DNA of 64,000 bases, from contig QPGO01000054.1 of the NCBI GenBank assembly GCA_008632985.1, positions 124,001-188,000 of the forward strand, read 5' to 3'. Below the pieces are notes generated by a model. It saw only the letters and a program-made list of their open reading frames with translations. It was not told the origin of the DNA and did not search any database. The position numbers were made by a program, and so were the translations under genes. This DNA is from Psammoneis japonica (taxonomy: Eukaryota). The stretch's first letter is position 1, and every line of letters starts with the position of its first letter. Shown piece by piece: positions 1 through 11,690 of the stretch.

Positions 1-536
1 CGACGTGTTCGCACTCACCGCTTGGAGAACTGTGCGAGTTTGGGCTGCAGAGCTGTTCTGCGTAGCATCTGGTACAAAATCAACGCATCTTGATTTGAGC
101 TCAGAGCCTGGAAAAGTGGTAAGCGGTAAATGAGTGACGTCCAGACACCCCGTGGAAATCAGTACGAAGTCTACGTAGCTTTCCGAGAAGTGCCTCCGCA
201 CCGCTCGACATCTCGCATTGTGCTTGAAATAACCAGACTGTCAAGGTGAGAACGATGGCCAAGAAACAAAAGAGCGCAACTGCGGTGCCAGGAATTTTGC
301 GATACGATAGCATGATCATTCGAGTTATATGGTGGATTCAAGAGTGCAAAGAGTGGTTGCTGTCGACAACGTTGCACACCGGCGTCATGTTCATGGTCAC
401 CGCTCCTCCTCCCACCGCAATCGTTGTCGTGATGATGCGCGTATCGCGCGGACTTGCTCCTTCTCACATTTTCAACACACAACACGAGCCTCACACATTT
501 TTGTGTACTTTGACGTTCCTCTTGTTTTTGTTGCAG

Positions 537-1192
537 ATGGTGCGCATGTCAGTACTAGCGGATTGTCTCAAGACAATCTCAAACGCCGAAAAACGCGGAA
601 GGAGGCAGGTTCTTATCCGTCCATCATCAAAGGTGGTGATCAAGTTCCTTCAATGCATGCAGCAGCATGGTGAGTACTTTATCTCTCAAACTTTTTCCCA
701 ATTGATCACTTTGGGGATCATCTCTTTCTGTTTCGGCCAGCGCCTGCATATTGTTGTACGAGCTGCGATTACCCGATGCAAGTAAACTCCCCACAAACTG
801 AAATGCGCGCATGTCGCTTTTCACACTCACGGGACCTTGCATGTTTCGTCAAGACTCCTGCCGTATGACATGCCACAATTAATTGTTATTTTTCTTACAC
901 ACGCTCGTGTCTTTTTCGCAAATGGTCTGTAGGTTACATTGGGGAGTTTGAAATTGTGGACGATCACCGTGCCAACAAGATTGTGATTGAACTCACTGGG
1001 CGTCTCAACAAGTGTGGCGTCATTTCGCCCCGATTCGACGTGGCATACGACGAAATTGAGAAATGGATTGTCAATCTGTTGCCATCTCGTCAGTTTGGTC
1101 ACGTTATTTTGTCTACTACCTACGGTATCATGACTCATGAAGAAGCCAGGCGTAAGAAGACGGGTGGAAAAATCCTTGGCTTTTTCTATTAA
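537..1192 (+). CDS. RPS15A: 40S ribosomal protein S15a (uS8); exons 537-669 and 933-1192
   Basis: Reads [33 protein letters not shown]...[37 protein letters not shown]...[14 protein letters not shown] intron at 670-932 gives a 130 aa product. The ATG follows a pyrimidine tract plus CAG, suggesting a 5'UTR intron. Confidence 0.97.
710..880 (+). ncRNA. candidate intronic H/ACA-like snoRNA
   Basis: Two hairpins lie in the 263-nt RPS15A intron: TGGGGA(712)/TCCCCA(788) followed by ACA, and GCATGTC(809-815)/GACATGC(867-873) followed by ACA(875-877). No clean ANANNA H box is visible. Confidence 0.4.
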
Positions 1193-2899
1193 AACAAAAC
1201 AAAGTAAAAACAACCAGTCTACACGATACAGAATGCTTGTGATAATTCGTTGTGCCTAATGGATGTAGCTGGGGCTGTGTTGTGCGCTGTGTCTTTCGCT
1301 TTGCTATTCGTGTCGCTCGCTTTGACATGCTGTATGAAACTGAAAGTGGCATCAAGAATCGGTGTGGCGTGAGACAAAAGGAGGGATTTTGCTCTCTTAA
1401 CTTTGAAAAGTGGCGCAGCAGCTTTGTAGAGTAGGTCACAGACACAATAAGGAAGTGAGAAGGCATCAGCATGCACGGTGCTGAATGTCTGGTTCTCGCA
1501 ATTGCTGTGTTTCTGTCAGATCTCGATGTGACCAGCTGCAACGTCATGTCTCTCTGACTTGATTGCTCAACCTTGAGCTTCACAGAATGCCAACGCACCC
1601 CTTCTTGAATCACACCACCAGCCTGGGAATCCTCTCTCTCCCAACTGTGCGCAAGTGGCTGTGGGGACACACCCTCAGCACAAAAGCACAATTTTTGAAG
1701 GTTGTGGCTCTGGCGACACTTTCCTGCAGTCACACCACTGATGGTGTGAGGCTGCTTCTGTTGGTTTTGTGTGCACCACAAATTTTGAAAAGCACTCCTC
1801 TGCAGCAGCAGCAGCACTGGCATCTCTTTATCCCAGATCCTTTCCCTTCTGCACTTCTGAGAAACTCTTTGTCTGATTGCAGCCAGATGGAGGAACTCAA
1901 CAGATTGAACTCAGAGGTGACCACTGGGCTTGGAATTTGAAATGAATCACAGCCAAGACACAGGCCCAATCATCAGAGAATGACACAATTGAGTGCTCTT
2001 GGAGTTGTCAGCATGTGACAGCATTTCAGATTTGGAGGATGAACGTGCTGTGCCATGGCTTGACAACAAGACAACAAGGCCAGCCTGAGTGATGCTGCCA
2101 TGCCCCATGGCTCTGGTCTCAGCTTGCACTTGTCAGACTGCTGATTCTTGCTCAATTTTCTGCTTTTGTCACAATTGTTTTGCCATCTTTGGCTGCTTTG
2201 TTTGGTCTCATGAGTCAACATTTTCCTCAGAGCAGCTCTTGCAAAGGTGCTTGGGTGGTCTTTTGAGCAAGAGCATGCAGAAATCTTTCAAATTTCTTTG
2301 CGTGCAACTTTCTCTCTCTCAACTCAAGCGCTGCTCCTCTGTTTTTTTTTTTGCTTGCACAATCCATCACAGCTTTGTCATCCATTGTGGCCAACAATGC
2401 TGCAATTCTTGCTGCAGCTGAATGCAACAAAGCTTTCCTGGCTGCACAGCCCTTCTCCCAGGCAGGTGCCAGGGCCAAGGCTGCTCTTTGTGCCAGCCCA
2501 GCATGCTGCTGCTCTGACACATTGCAATCTGTGCCACATCAGCAGCTGAGCCTGTGTCAGCAGGGCAGTGCAGACAATGATGACCACCATTGCACGGGCT
2601 TGTGGCAGCCAGAAGATGATGCAGCTCAGTGCTGCATCTGTCAAGACATGCTGACCAACATGCCAGCCATGGATGTGCATGATTGTTGGTCGTCATGCTG
2701 GCATGATGCATGGCTGCACAACATTGTCCAGATTGTGCAACAGGAATGTGTGCAATCATGCACACAGTTGAAGCACAGTTAAAAATCCATTCAAGGTTGT
2801 GAGTGTCACAAAACACATGAGGAACAAGCAAGAGCCAATTGTGGTGCAATCAAATCAGCCACACCCAGCCACAGTGCAATGGCAACAACACCAACAGAG

Positions 2900-3440
2900 T
2901 TCCATCAGGGACCAGTTTGCTTGACAATGAGAACCCTGAGTGCACGAGACAGTTGACTGTGGTTGATTGTTGCCAGTCCATGTGGAAATGTGGTTCAAAA
3001 GTGCAAAACCATGTCACAATGTTGGAGCCAAATTTCAGCACCCAAGCACAACTCTTTTGTTGCCATGATGCCAACAGGGAACATTTTTAGGAACCATCTT
3101 TGCAAGAACCAACTCAGCTGGTTCTTGGTGGAATGCAGAACCTGCTCTTTCACTTGCCAGGTCACAGAGACATCATGTTGTGTCAGAGTTTTTGCAACAC
3201 TGTCATCAAACAAGTTGTCGCAATGACCAAATCTTGTGCTTGCTTCAAGGGCTCCTTCTGCTCCCATGCACCCCAAGCCCATGGTGTCTCTGCCTGCAAT
3301 CTTCTTTGCCCTTGGCTCCTGCAAATGACACCAATGGTCTGTCACTCACTGACAGTGGCAGCAGCCCAAGCATCCTTTGAATGTTTGCACTTTGGTGTGC
3401 CAGCAGCACTCACAGAACAGCCTGCTGTTGCCACCTCTTT
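2900..3440. repeat. left part of dispersed repeat, copy A (homologous to ~19650-20155)
   Basis: AACCCTGAGTGCACGAGACAGTTGACTGTGGTTGATTGT...CATGTGGAAATGTG (~2931) matches AACCCTGAGTGCATGACAGCTGGCTGTGGTTGATTGT...CATGTGGAAATGTG (~19674). Similarity ends at GCCACCTCTTT. Confidence 0.8.
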
Positions 3441-5082
3441 GTGTGCAACATCTTCTTGCTCTCAACAAAATCCATTGACAAGAATCAAAAGCACTGCACC
3501 TGTGCAATTGCACCATCCACATGTGTCACAGTTTTTCAAAAATCAACATGTTTGTCCCTGCAGTTGTGACTTTGAATGATGTTCTGACACTGGCTCATTT
3601 TCAGACACAAATCTTGCATTGCCAAAGTTGTCATTTGAGGTTGCTTGACAACTGGTTTTTCCAGCAGTGTCATGATGGATTTGTGATGTTTTGTTTTGCT
3701 TTGTTTTGCGGCCCAGCATCTTGTTCAAAGTTGCTTGGTTCATTTGTTTGGAAGAGCTTTGGTTTGATTGCCTGCTGTGTTGTTTTTAGAGCTTGTGCTG
3801 CATTGGTCTCTTTGTTGCATTGGACACACCACAGCTCAGCCACTGACCCATCATCATTGAACCAGACCCCACCTTTTGACAGACAATGCAGCTGCAAAGT
3901 TGCACCTTTTTCTTCTGTCCTCCACCAGCATCAATTTGCTCTCTAGAGCCCAACTCACAGTGTCAATCAGCCCCAGCAATGGCCATGTTGTCATTTGATT
4001 TTGACAAATTCTAACATCAACCCAGACTGCAGTGTGTCAATCTAATTCTGCATTTTGTTCAACACCAGCACTTTGAAGCTGTCAATTGACAATGAATGAT
4101 GTGCCACAAACACTTTTTGGGGTGCCAAGGCAACTGGACTGGTGCATGTTTGCAACTTGATTTTGTGTTTTTGTTTTGGTCTGTGCTTGCACATTGCACT
4201 CTGTTTTGGCTGCAGCAGTCATGGATTTGTGTGGGTGAGCACCAAATCAACATGTCTACTGTCTGTGCAGCTCTTCCTCGTTGCTCTGTAAATGCACCCA
4301 TTTTGTCTGTTGCAGTGCAGAGGGCTGTTCAGATGCCACATGCTTTTCCAAATGCCGGCACAAATTTGCTTGTTTTGGAGAAAAGAGGATGAGCATTCTC
4401 TGTGCACCTGATGCCAGGACCCAGACTGCATGAGTGGGGCAGTTGCAAAACCCAGGTTTTGGCAACAGTCAACTGTTTGACATTGAAACTTTGTGCAAAG
4501 GTCAATGCAGACAATTTTGGTGCTGCATTGCAGCAACTGTGTCATCAGAAAGATTGGTCACAAAGACTCACTCTTGACAACTCACGGAGGCAGGAAAGCT
4601 TGACAATGCTGAGAGACAATCTTGCAGTTTTCCTTTTTTAATCTTCTTTTTAATTTGCACTTTGGGCATTGACCCAAGACAAAATGGCCACAACCCTTGG
4701 CAACAGCCATGACCTCTTCAGCAACAGCCATGACACCTTGACAGACTGGCCACAACCCATTTCGGGTGAGGGTCAATGGCTCTCATTGCAAAACAATGAT
4801 GACTTGTGTCCCAAATGGTTCTCTGACAAGATCCATTCTTGCTTGAGCTTCAGATCAGGATGAAATGGAGGAAGTCTTGAATGTTCATTGCAGTTCTCTT
4901 GGTTGCTTCTGACAAAGAGCAACTTGTTTCAAAAAGAGTGCCTCTTGCAAATTTCTCCATTCTCCTCCTCTCAAGCCATTTTGCCACAACTCCCACATTT
5001 TGGTGGCATTCCCAGTGCATTGCTCTTTGAAGTTTTACACCTTGTCCACTGCCATTCAGCAATCAAACCTTTGAACCAGCAA

Positions 5083-6570
5083 CTCTGGAGTTTGGAAATT
5101 CAAGTCTGCTGTCATTGGGGGAACAAGATCCATGGGGCCACAACACCACAAAATCAATTTTTCAATGCAAAGCCACAGTTCTCAAAGTGTTCACTGGGGT
5201 GCACCAGGCAACACCAGCAGGGTTCTCAGCTTGCTGTTGTCAAGTTGGTTGGCATTGTCATGGGGTCATTTGACTCTAGAGTTTGGAAGCTCAAGTCTGC
5301 CACTGTTGAACACAACATGACATGGGGCCAGCAGGACACTTCAGCATCAACTTTGCAATGCCCAATGCCAGCTCTTAATTAAAGTCCCACCTGGGGTGCA
5401 CCAAAAACCATCAATGCCCTCTGCTGGCAGTTGTCAGGCTGATTGGTCATGGTGTCATGGGGTCCTTTCACTCTGGAGTTGGGGAGCTCAAGTCTGCTCC
5501 TCTCCTCCTGTTGGGGACAAGGTGACATGGGGCCACAACACCACAAGATCAACCTTGCAATGCCCCCAATGACAGCTCTTGCAGTCTTTCCCTGGGTCCA
5601 CCAGACACCACCAGTGTCCTCAGCTTGCAGCTGTTGGGTTGGTTGGAACTGTCATGGGATCCCTGCAATCTGGAGCTGGGAAAGCCAAAAGTCTGCTGCT
5701 GCTGCTGGGGACAAGGTGACATGGGGCCACAATGCCCTAAGATCATCTTTGCGATGCTCAACTGCAGCTCTTAAAGTCACACCTGGGGCCCACCAGACAC
5801 CACCAGGGCCCTCAGCTTGCAGCTGTCAGATTGGTTGGTGTGCCATCATGGAGTTCTTTCACTCTGGAGTTTGGAAATTCAAGTTTGCTGCTGTTGGGCA
5901 CAATGTGACAGGGGCCACAATCCACAACACCACAAGATCAACCTTGCAATGCTCAAACACAGTTCTCAAAGTGTCACCTGGGGTGCAACAAATGCAGCTG
6001 GGGTCCTCTGCTTGCTGTCGTCAGGTTGGATGGCACTGCCATGGGGTGCTTTCACTCTGGAGTCAGGAAATTTAAGTCTGCTGCTGTTGGGCACAATGTG
6101 ACATGGGGCCACAACACCACAAGGTCAACCTTGCAATGCCCAACTGCAGCCCACAAGAGTCCACCAGTGTCCTCTGCTGGGTGGCAGTTGTTGGGTTGGT
6201 TGGCACCACTGTCATGAGATCTCTTTGTGCTGTGGAGCTGGGAAAGTCAAGACTGCTGCTGTGAGGGACAAGGTGATGTGGGCCCACAATGCTGCAAGGA
6301 TCAACTTTGCAATGCTCAGCTGCAGTTCTTAAAGTCACACCTGGGGCCTGCCAGACACTGCCAGTGCCCTCAGCTTGCTGCTGTCAGGTCAGTTGGCACT
6401 GTCATTGAGTCCCCTCACTGTGGAGTTTGGAGGTTCAAAGTCTGCTGCTGCTGCTGCTTGGAACAAGGTGACACGTGGCCACAAGACAAAAGATCAATCT
6501 TTCATTGCCCAACAACAGCTCTTGAAGCATTGCCTGTGGCCCACCAGATGCTGCCAGTGTCCTCAGGCCA
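5083..6570. repeat. diverged tandem array, about 8 units of ~190 bp
   Basis: The anchor CTCTGGAGTTTGG...AAGTCTGCTG...ATGGGGCCACAACACCACAAGATCAA recurs at ~5083, 5274, 5471, 5668, 5862, 6055, 6230 and 6418. Confidence 0.9.
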
Positions 6571-6876
6571 GAGTGCAAATGCCCCCCACTTTGTTGCCAA
6601 TTTGTTCATTGGCCAATGCCTTTGCACCCACAGTTGTTGTGCTGTGGTTGAGCTCAAAACAAATCCCCATGCACTGTGACACCAATTTTCCTCAAGTCTG
6701 GGTTTCCTGCTTTGCTGATTTAGCCAGTTTGTCAAAATGAATTTGTTCACCATGAGTGCACACTTGACAAGAACACAGACTTCTTGTCTCAAGCAAAAAT
6801 TCAATTCTGAACAAGAGCAACTGCATTTTCCAGATGTTTTGCATGTCAGGTCTTGGTGCTCCTGTCACTGATCATC

Positions 6877-7700
6877 CCCAAATTTCAAAGATTTCATTCC
6901 CAGCAGCAGCAGCAGCAGCAGCAGCACATCTTTCTCCAAGGAGTCAAGTTGGCATCAAAATGGTGGGCCTTTCAAAAGAAGCCACATTTGGTCTGCAACA
7001 ATGCCACACCATGACCAGAGAGCTGTGTGGCATGTGGCTGTTGGCAGCCATTTTGTTTTTGCTCGGAGCTGGTGCTTCACCCTCCCTCAATGACACACAA
7101 AGGAGCTGCACACATGATTTGGGTTTGGAGTGTTCTCACATCAGTTGTCCTGCTGCCAAGATGTGTCCTTTCAATGACCACAAATCATTGTTTTGAGAAA
7201 CATTGCTGCTGGCATGTGTGCTTCTTGGCAGGATCTCTGTGCTGTCACAGACATTTTCCCAGGCTGGGGCAAACTTTGACAATGTGCCCAACTCTTGTGT
7301 TTCTCTGAACAGGTGCATGAAGTCAAGCTTGTTGGCGCCAACTCTCCCAGCACTCATTTTTTATGCCCCTGATGTTGTTGAGAGTGCCACCACATGACAA
7401 GAAGCCTTGTTGCTTGAGTTGTGGCTTTTTCACCTCCACCTGCTTCCAAGATGTTCCTTGCTCCATTTGTCAAAGCACCGCTGGGCTCTCCAAGTGCAGA
7501 TCAGACATTGTTCTCAGCAGGTGGTTGGCAATGCGGGGCCAGTTGCTTGCAAGAGTGGGCCAAGACAGCATCCTGAACATTTGCTGAAAAATGCACTCCT
7601 CTCTCCCTGTCTGTTTGCACAGTGTCAGGAGGAAACACTCTCTGCTTGGATGCAATGCCCCACAGAACTCCTGTGGATTGGTCTAGTCAAATCAAGCATG
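6877..7700. repeat. right part of dispersed repeat, copy A (homologous to ~20157-21000)
   Basis: CCCAGCAGCAGCACATCTTTCTC, AAAAGAAGCCA, GCAAACTTTGACAATGTGCCCAAC and GGCTTTTTCACCTCC are shared with 20160-20760 in the same order. Confidence 0.8.
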
Positions 7701-9559
7701 TGAGACACATGTTGTGGTGTTGTGCCTGCTGGTGTGTTCACTGCCAGCAAAAATGTCATTGTCTCTCATTGACTTCTTTGGCAACAGTTGGAAGTGAAGC
7801 GGGCTTGAGGGGATGGCTTGGCGTGGCTTTAAAAGTTGCACCTTTTTCATGCAATAACTCAATTTGCCCCCCCCCCCCCTCCCCTGCAGATTTCCACATG
7901 TCAAGCCCCAGAGGAAAAACAACATGTCTCTGAATCCATCAACAACACATCAAGCAGCACCATCCACTGACAGCACCAATGATCCCCAACCAAACTGCTG
8001 TGATTAAAAATGACACTGCAGTCCAAAAAAAGCAAGAAACCCTTGGCTGTGTGGCACAGGAACTTCTCTTTTCTGACCACCATGATCACAGAGCAAAGAG
8101 CTGGTTGACCATTTGCCACCATAAAGCCCATCATGGTCCAGAGAATGTTGGGTGCTGTGAGTGACAGCGGTCTTGGCATCACAGCAGTGTTGGATCCCTC
8201 AGCTGCTGTGACTTTCTTGGTTGAGTGATTGCCCCACCAACTTGCTGATTTGCATTGTTCCCCACCTCATCATCTGCCATGAGTGAGTGCTCAGGATGCT
8301 TCATCTTGCATTTTGTGGCATGGCCCCATGCTTCTTTTTTTTGTTCATGTTTCATTTCCCTGCTTGTTTGGGAACATGGCCTCCTCAACTTTTTCCAAAA
8401 TTCTGCTCCTGCCAATCCATGGAAAAGCCTTTGTGGGGCATTTTTGGCTTTGACTTTGTTGACACACCAATTTGTCAACATGGGAGGTGACCAGATCCAC
8501 CTTTGGATTGTTCTTCAAATGCAACAAGTGATGCAGCCTTTTCCACAGGTTTTTTCATGCAATTTTGGAATTTGGTTGGCAATGTTGACAAAGTGACAGG
8601 GGGAGCCAATGGAATGTTTGTTGTTGCTGTTGACACCACAAGAGGAAAGCACTGGCAACAAAGCACCATGGGTTGAAACTGCAAAGGATTGGAAGCTGCA
8701 GATGCCAACTTCTTCACATGGGAAACAAAGACCAAATTAGTGCTGTGGTGACAATTGGTTGGCTGCTGCAACACTGGCATCAGAACACAAAGCTTCAAAT
8801 CAAGAAGCGTTGTGTGACTTTGTGGGAAGAGGAGTGATGATGTGTGGTGTGTGTGTGTGTGTCTCTAAAACAACTGCACACTGCATGACACAGGGGCAGT
8901 CTTGCAAAGAACTGTCAAGTCTTGTTTTCACTCTCAAAGGTGCAAACAACCATGTTCGACAGCACAACAGGAAGTGAAAGAACGTTGAAGCACCCAAATC
9001 CAAGCAAAAACAGAATGTCTTCTCATTTTTTCATCATTTTGTTGATTGACTCAACACCTTGTGGGTGAAGCAAGGACTCAATTCAGCCACAAGGAAGGGC
9101 TCAAAATGGTTTTTGCTGGCAGTGCATGTCTGTGCCTTGCTTTTGTGCACACGCCCCTGGGCATTCTTGAAGCTCATCTGTGTCCCATTGAAAGGCAGCC
9201 ATGTCACCATGAAATGTCATTGGAGCAGCCAAACTGAGGCAGTGGCAGGGAATCTTTGATCCCAGCATTTTGTCTGGGTGAAGTGGAAATGCACATGACC
9301 ATGCTTCAGAGCAGGGAACAATTTACCCGGGGGGCAATCGAACAATTTGGGCCACCTTTGATTTCCAATTTGGGTCTCAGCCAAATTGCAATGAATGAAG
9401 TGACACACACGTGCTTGGTTTTTAATTTGTTGCCTTCATCAACAATGTGTGTCCATCATGGATGATTCCATTCTGCTGCAGCCTCATTTTTGGTTCAACC
9501 TCCCCCAATGCATCAGTGTTCCCTGCTCTTCATTTTTGATGCACCCGTTCCATCAACTC

Positions 9560-10480
9560 CATTTGTTTTCAATTTGCCAACATGACACAAAACATCAAAA
9601 CTGCTGCCTCTTGTGGTGGGTCCATCACCCACAAATCCATGTCTTTGATGTTCTCCTCTTCTTCATCTGCTGCTTCCAACTGCTTGCTTGCATTCTCTTG
9701 GCTGTCTTCCGTCCCATCCACACACTCCCAGAACTGTTTCAACCAAACCTCGTTGCACTCGTCTGCATCTTTGCTCAATCTCTTTTGGTCAATCTTGCTT
9801 CCCAATTGTTTTCATCTCTCCAGTCCCTTCTTGTTCCAACCCTGTTGACTCTTTTGCATTTGATTCATTTGATTGCCCTGCTTCTTGCTGCCTTTGCTGC
9901 ACTTTGCCTCCGGAATGCACCCCTCCTTCTTTTCCACCTTCAACTCCTCCTTTGTTTTGCCATGCATGTGCGCCCACTTGTCCCAATTGTTCTCCAAGAT
10001 TGACAGGCCAAATGCCTCATTGCTCACAGATGACAACCTGTTCAAGCAATGTCTTGATTTGAGCCAATGCTTCCACATCATTTTTCCCACCACTGTTGGC
10101 AGGAAGTGCAGGGTGAAGTGGCTGTGGGCATCCATGTCATCTCTCCCCTTTAGCATGTCACCCAGCAATGACATCTTGGCATTTTCATCAGCTTGTGCAT
10201 TTCTCTTGTCATGATCCATGCACCCTGTTCACTCACGCAACACAAAGCAACAATGTGTGGGCATTGTTCCATTGTCCCATGACCTCTTGGACCAGTTTCA
10301 ATGCAGCACTTGCGGAAGAACTCTTTCTTGAGTTCCCCACACTTTTTGTTCCTCCTTCTTGTTGTCTGCCTTCACACCTCGTCCTTTGACAATTTCCAGA
10401 ATCAACCCTTTTTTCTTGGGGCACATTGATTTCAGACAGCACAATGTCAGCTGCTCTTCCGTCGCAACACTTCATTGCCT
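9560..10480 (-). pseudogene. decayed transposon-associated ORF (SDEAF...LENNWDRW...GWxxxG family)
   Basis: FLPTVVGKMMWK...SSVSNEAFGLSILENNWDKW...KCSKG...GWNKKGLER resembles, from recall, a repetitive diatom ORF family that accompanies Plavaka-type transposases. It is broken by frameshifts and stops. Confidence 0.55.
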
Positions 10481-11474
10481 TTTTGTTCAGGAATTTGTGC
10501 TGTCAGAACGACGTGTTCTCACAGCAGCTCTCCAAAACAATCTTGTCCCTGTCACCAACAAGTTCGTTGTGTCACTTCTTCCTTCTTTGCTTGCTTGTCA
10601 TGTCATCTTCTGCACAGGACAAGGTTGGAGTCCCACCCATCACAACTCATCCACCTTCTCCTGTTTGCATCATGGTTCTCACCAGCACATCCTCCTGTGT
10701 TGCGGCTGACCCGTCCTGTTCCTGTTCTTGCTGCGACGAGCAAAAATTTCAGTGAGTCCTTCGCAATCGTCACTTGTGTCACTCCAATGTCTCTTGCCTC
10801 ATCTCTCTGTGGGCTTTGGAATGGCACTCTCCCTTCCCTCACGTTGGGCATGGTGGAGCAAGCATTTTGACTGCTTTGCAAAAAAGTGACATTTTTCTGT
10901 GCTGTGCTGTGAATCGTCCAGCACTGTGGTGCCCCACGATGGTCCACTCATGCGCCTGCACTGCGCGCACCTGTTTCCACAGGTTCTCACGTGCACCTCT
11001 TCTTTTCAAAATCCTGGCACATGTTCTCATTGGTCAGATCCATCCAATGTTTTTGCAGGTTCACATGAATGCATGTGTGGCAGATGTGGTTCACGCAACG
11101 ACTCGCTTGATTCATCTCTCCCAGCGTCTGCCCTCCTCCCCCACCATGGTGTGTCCACTCTGGTCCCTGCCAAAAAACAAGAACTGTGTGTGATGGAGCC
11201 ACTGCATTCCTAATTTGCCCTCTGTGCCAGAGCCAATGTCCACACCTTCACAGCAAATGCACCAACACACAATGCCATTTCCTGATGGATCCTGTTCAGT
11301 CTCCCAGATTGCATTCATCTGGCATGTTGGGACAGAAGTTCATGACATTGATGCACCCTGCCTTCCAGCCATTCCCATGCCTTTCATTCCTCTTCCAGCA
11401 TGGGTTGCCTGTGACACCAACGTGTCCACTCTTTCACTGTTTTTACATGGGACCAGTCTCCCTTTTTGCATCTT

Positions 11475-11690
11475 GGTCTTGCTTGACACATTCAGCGCTT
11501 CACCTCCAATTCACATTGGTTGAATTGTCCGGCACAACAGATGTTGGGATGAGAAAGCATGTGATCATCGTCTCCTCCCCATGGGTCTTGCTTGACACAT
11601 TCAGCGCTTTGCCTCCAACTCACATTGGTTGAATTGTCCAGCACAACAGATGTCGCAGTGAGAAAGCATGCAATCATCGTCTCCTCCCCA
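11475..11690. repeat. direct tandem duplication, period 109 bp
   Basis: GGTCTTGCTTGACACATTCAGCGCTT...ATCATCGTCTCCTCCCCA occurs at 11475-11581 and 11584-11690. Confidence 0.95.

Noticed and set aside
101..319. 72-aa minus-strand ORF with a hydrophobic segment
   Set aside because: Short, no recognisable domain, and at the window edge, so it cannot be supported.
8470..8800. AFEEQSKGGSGHLP resembling a Helitron Rep motif
   Set aside because: A single weak motif with no other Rep or helicase motifs recognisable.
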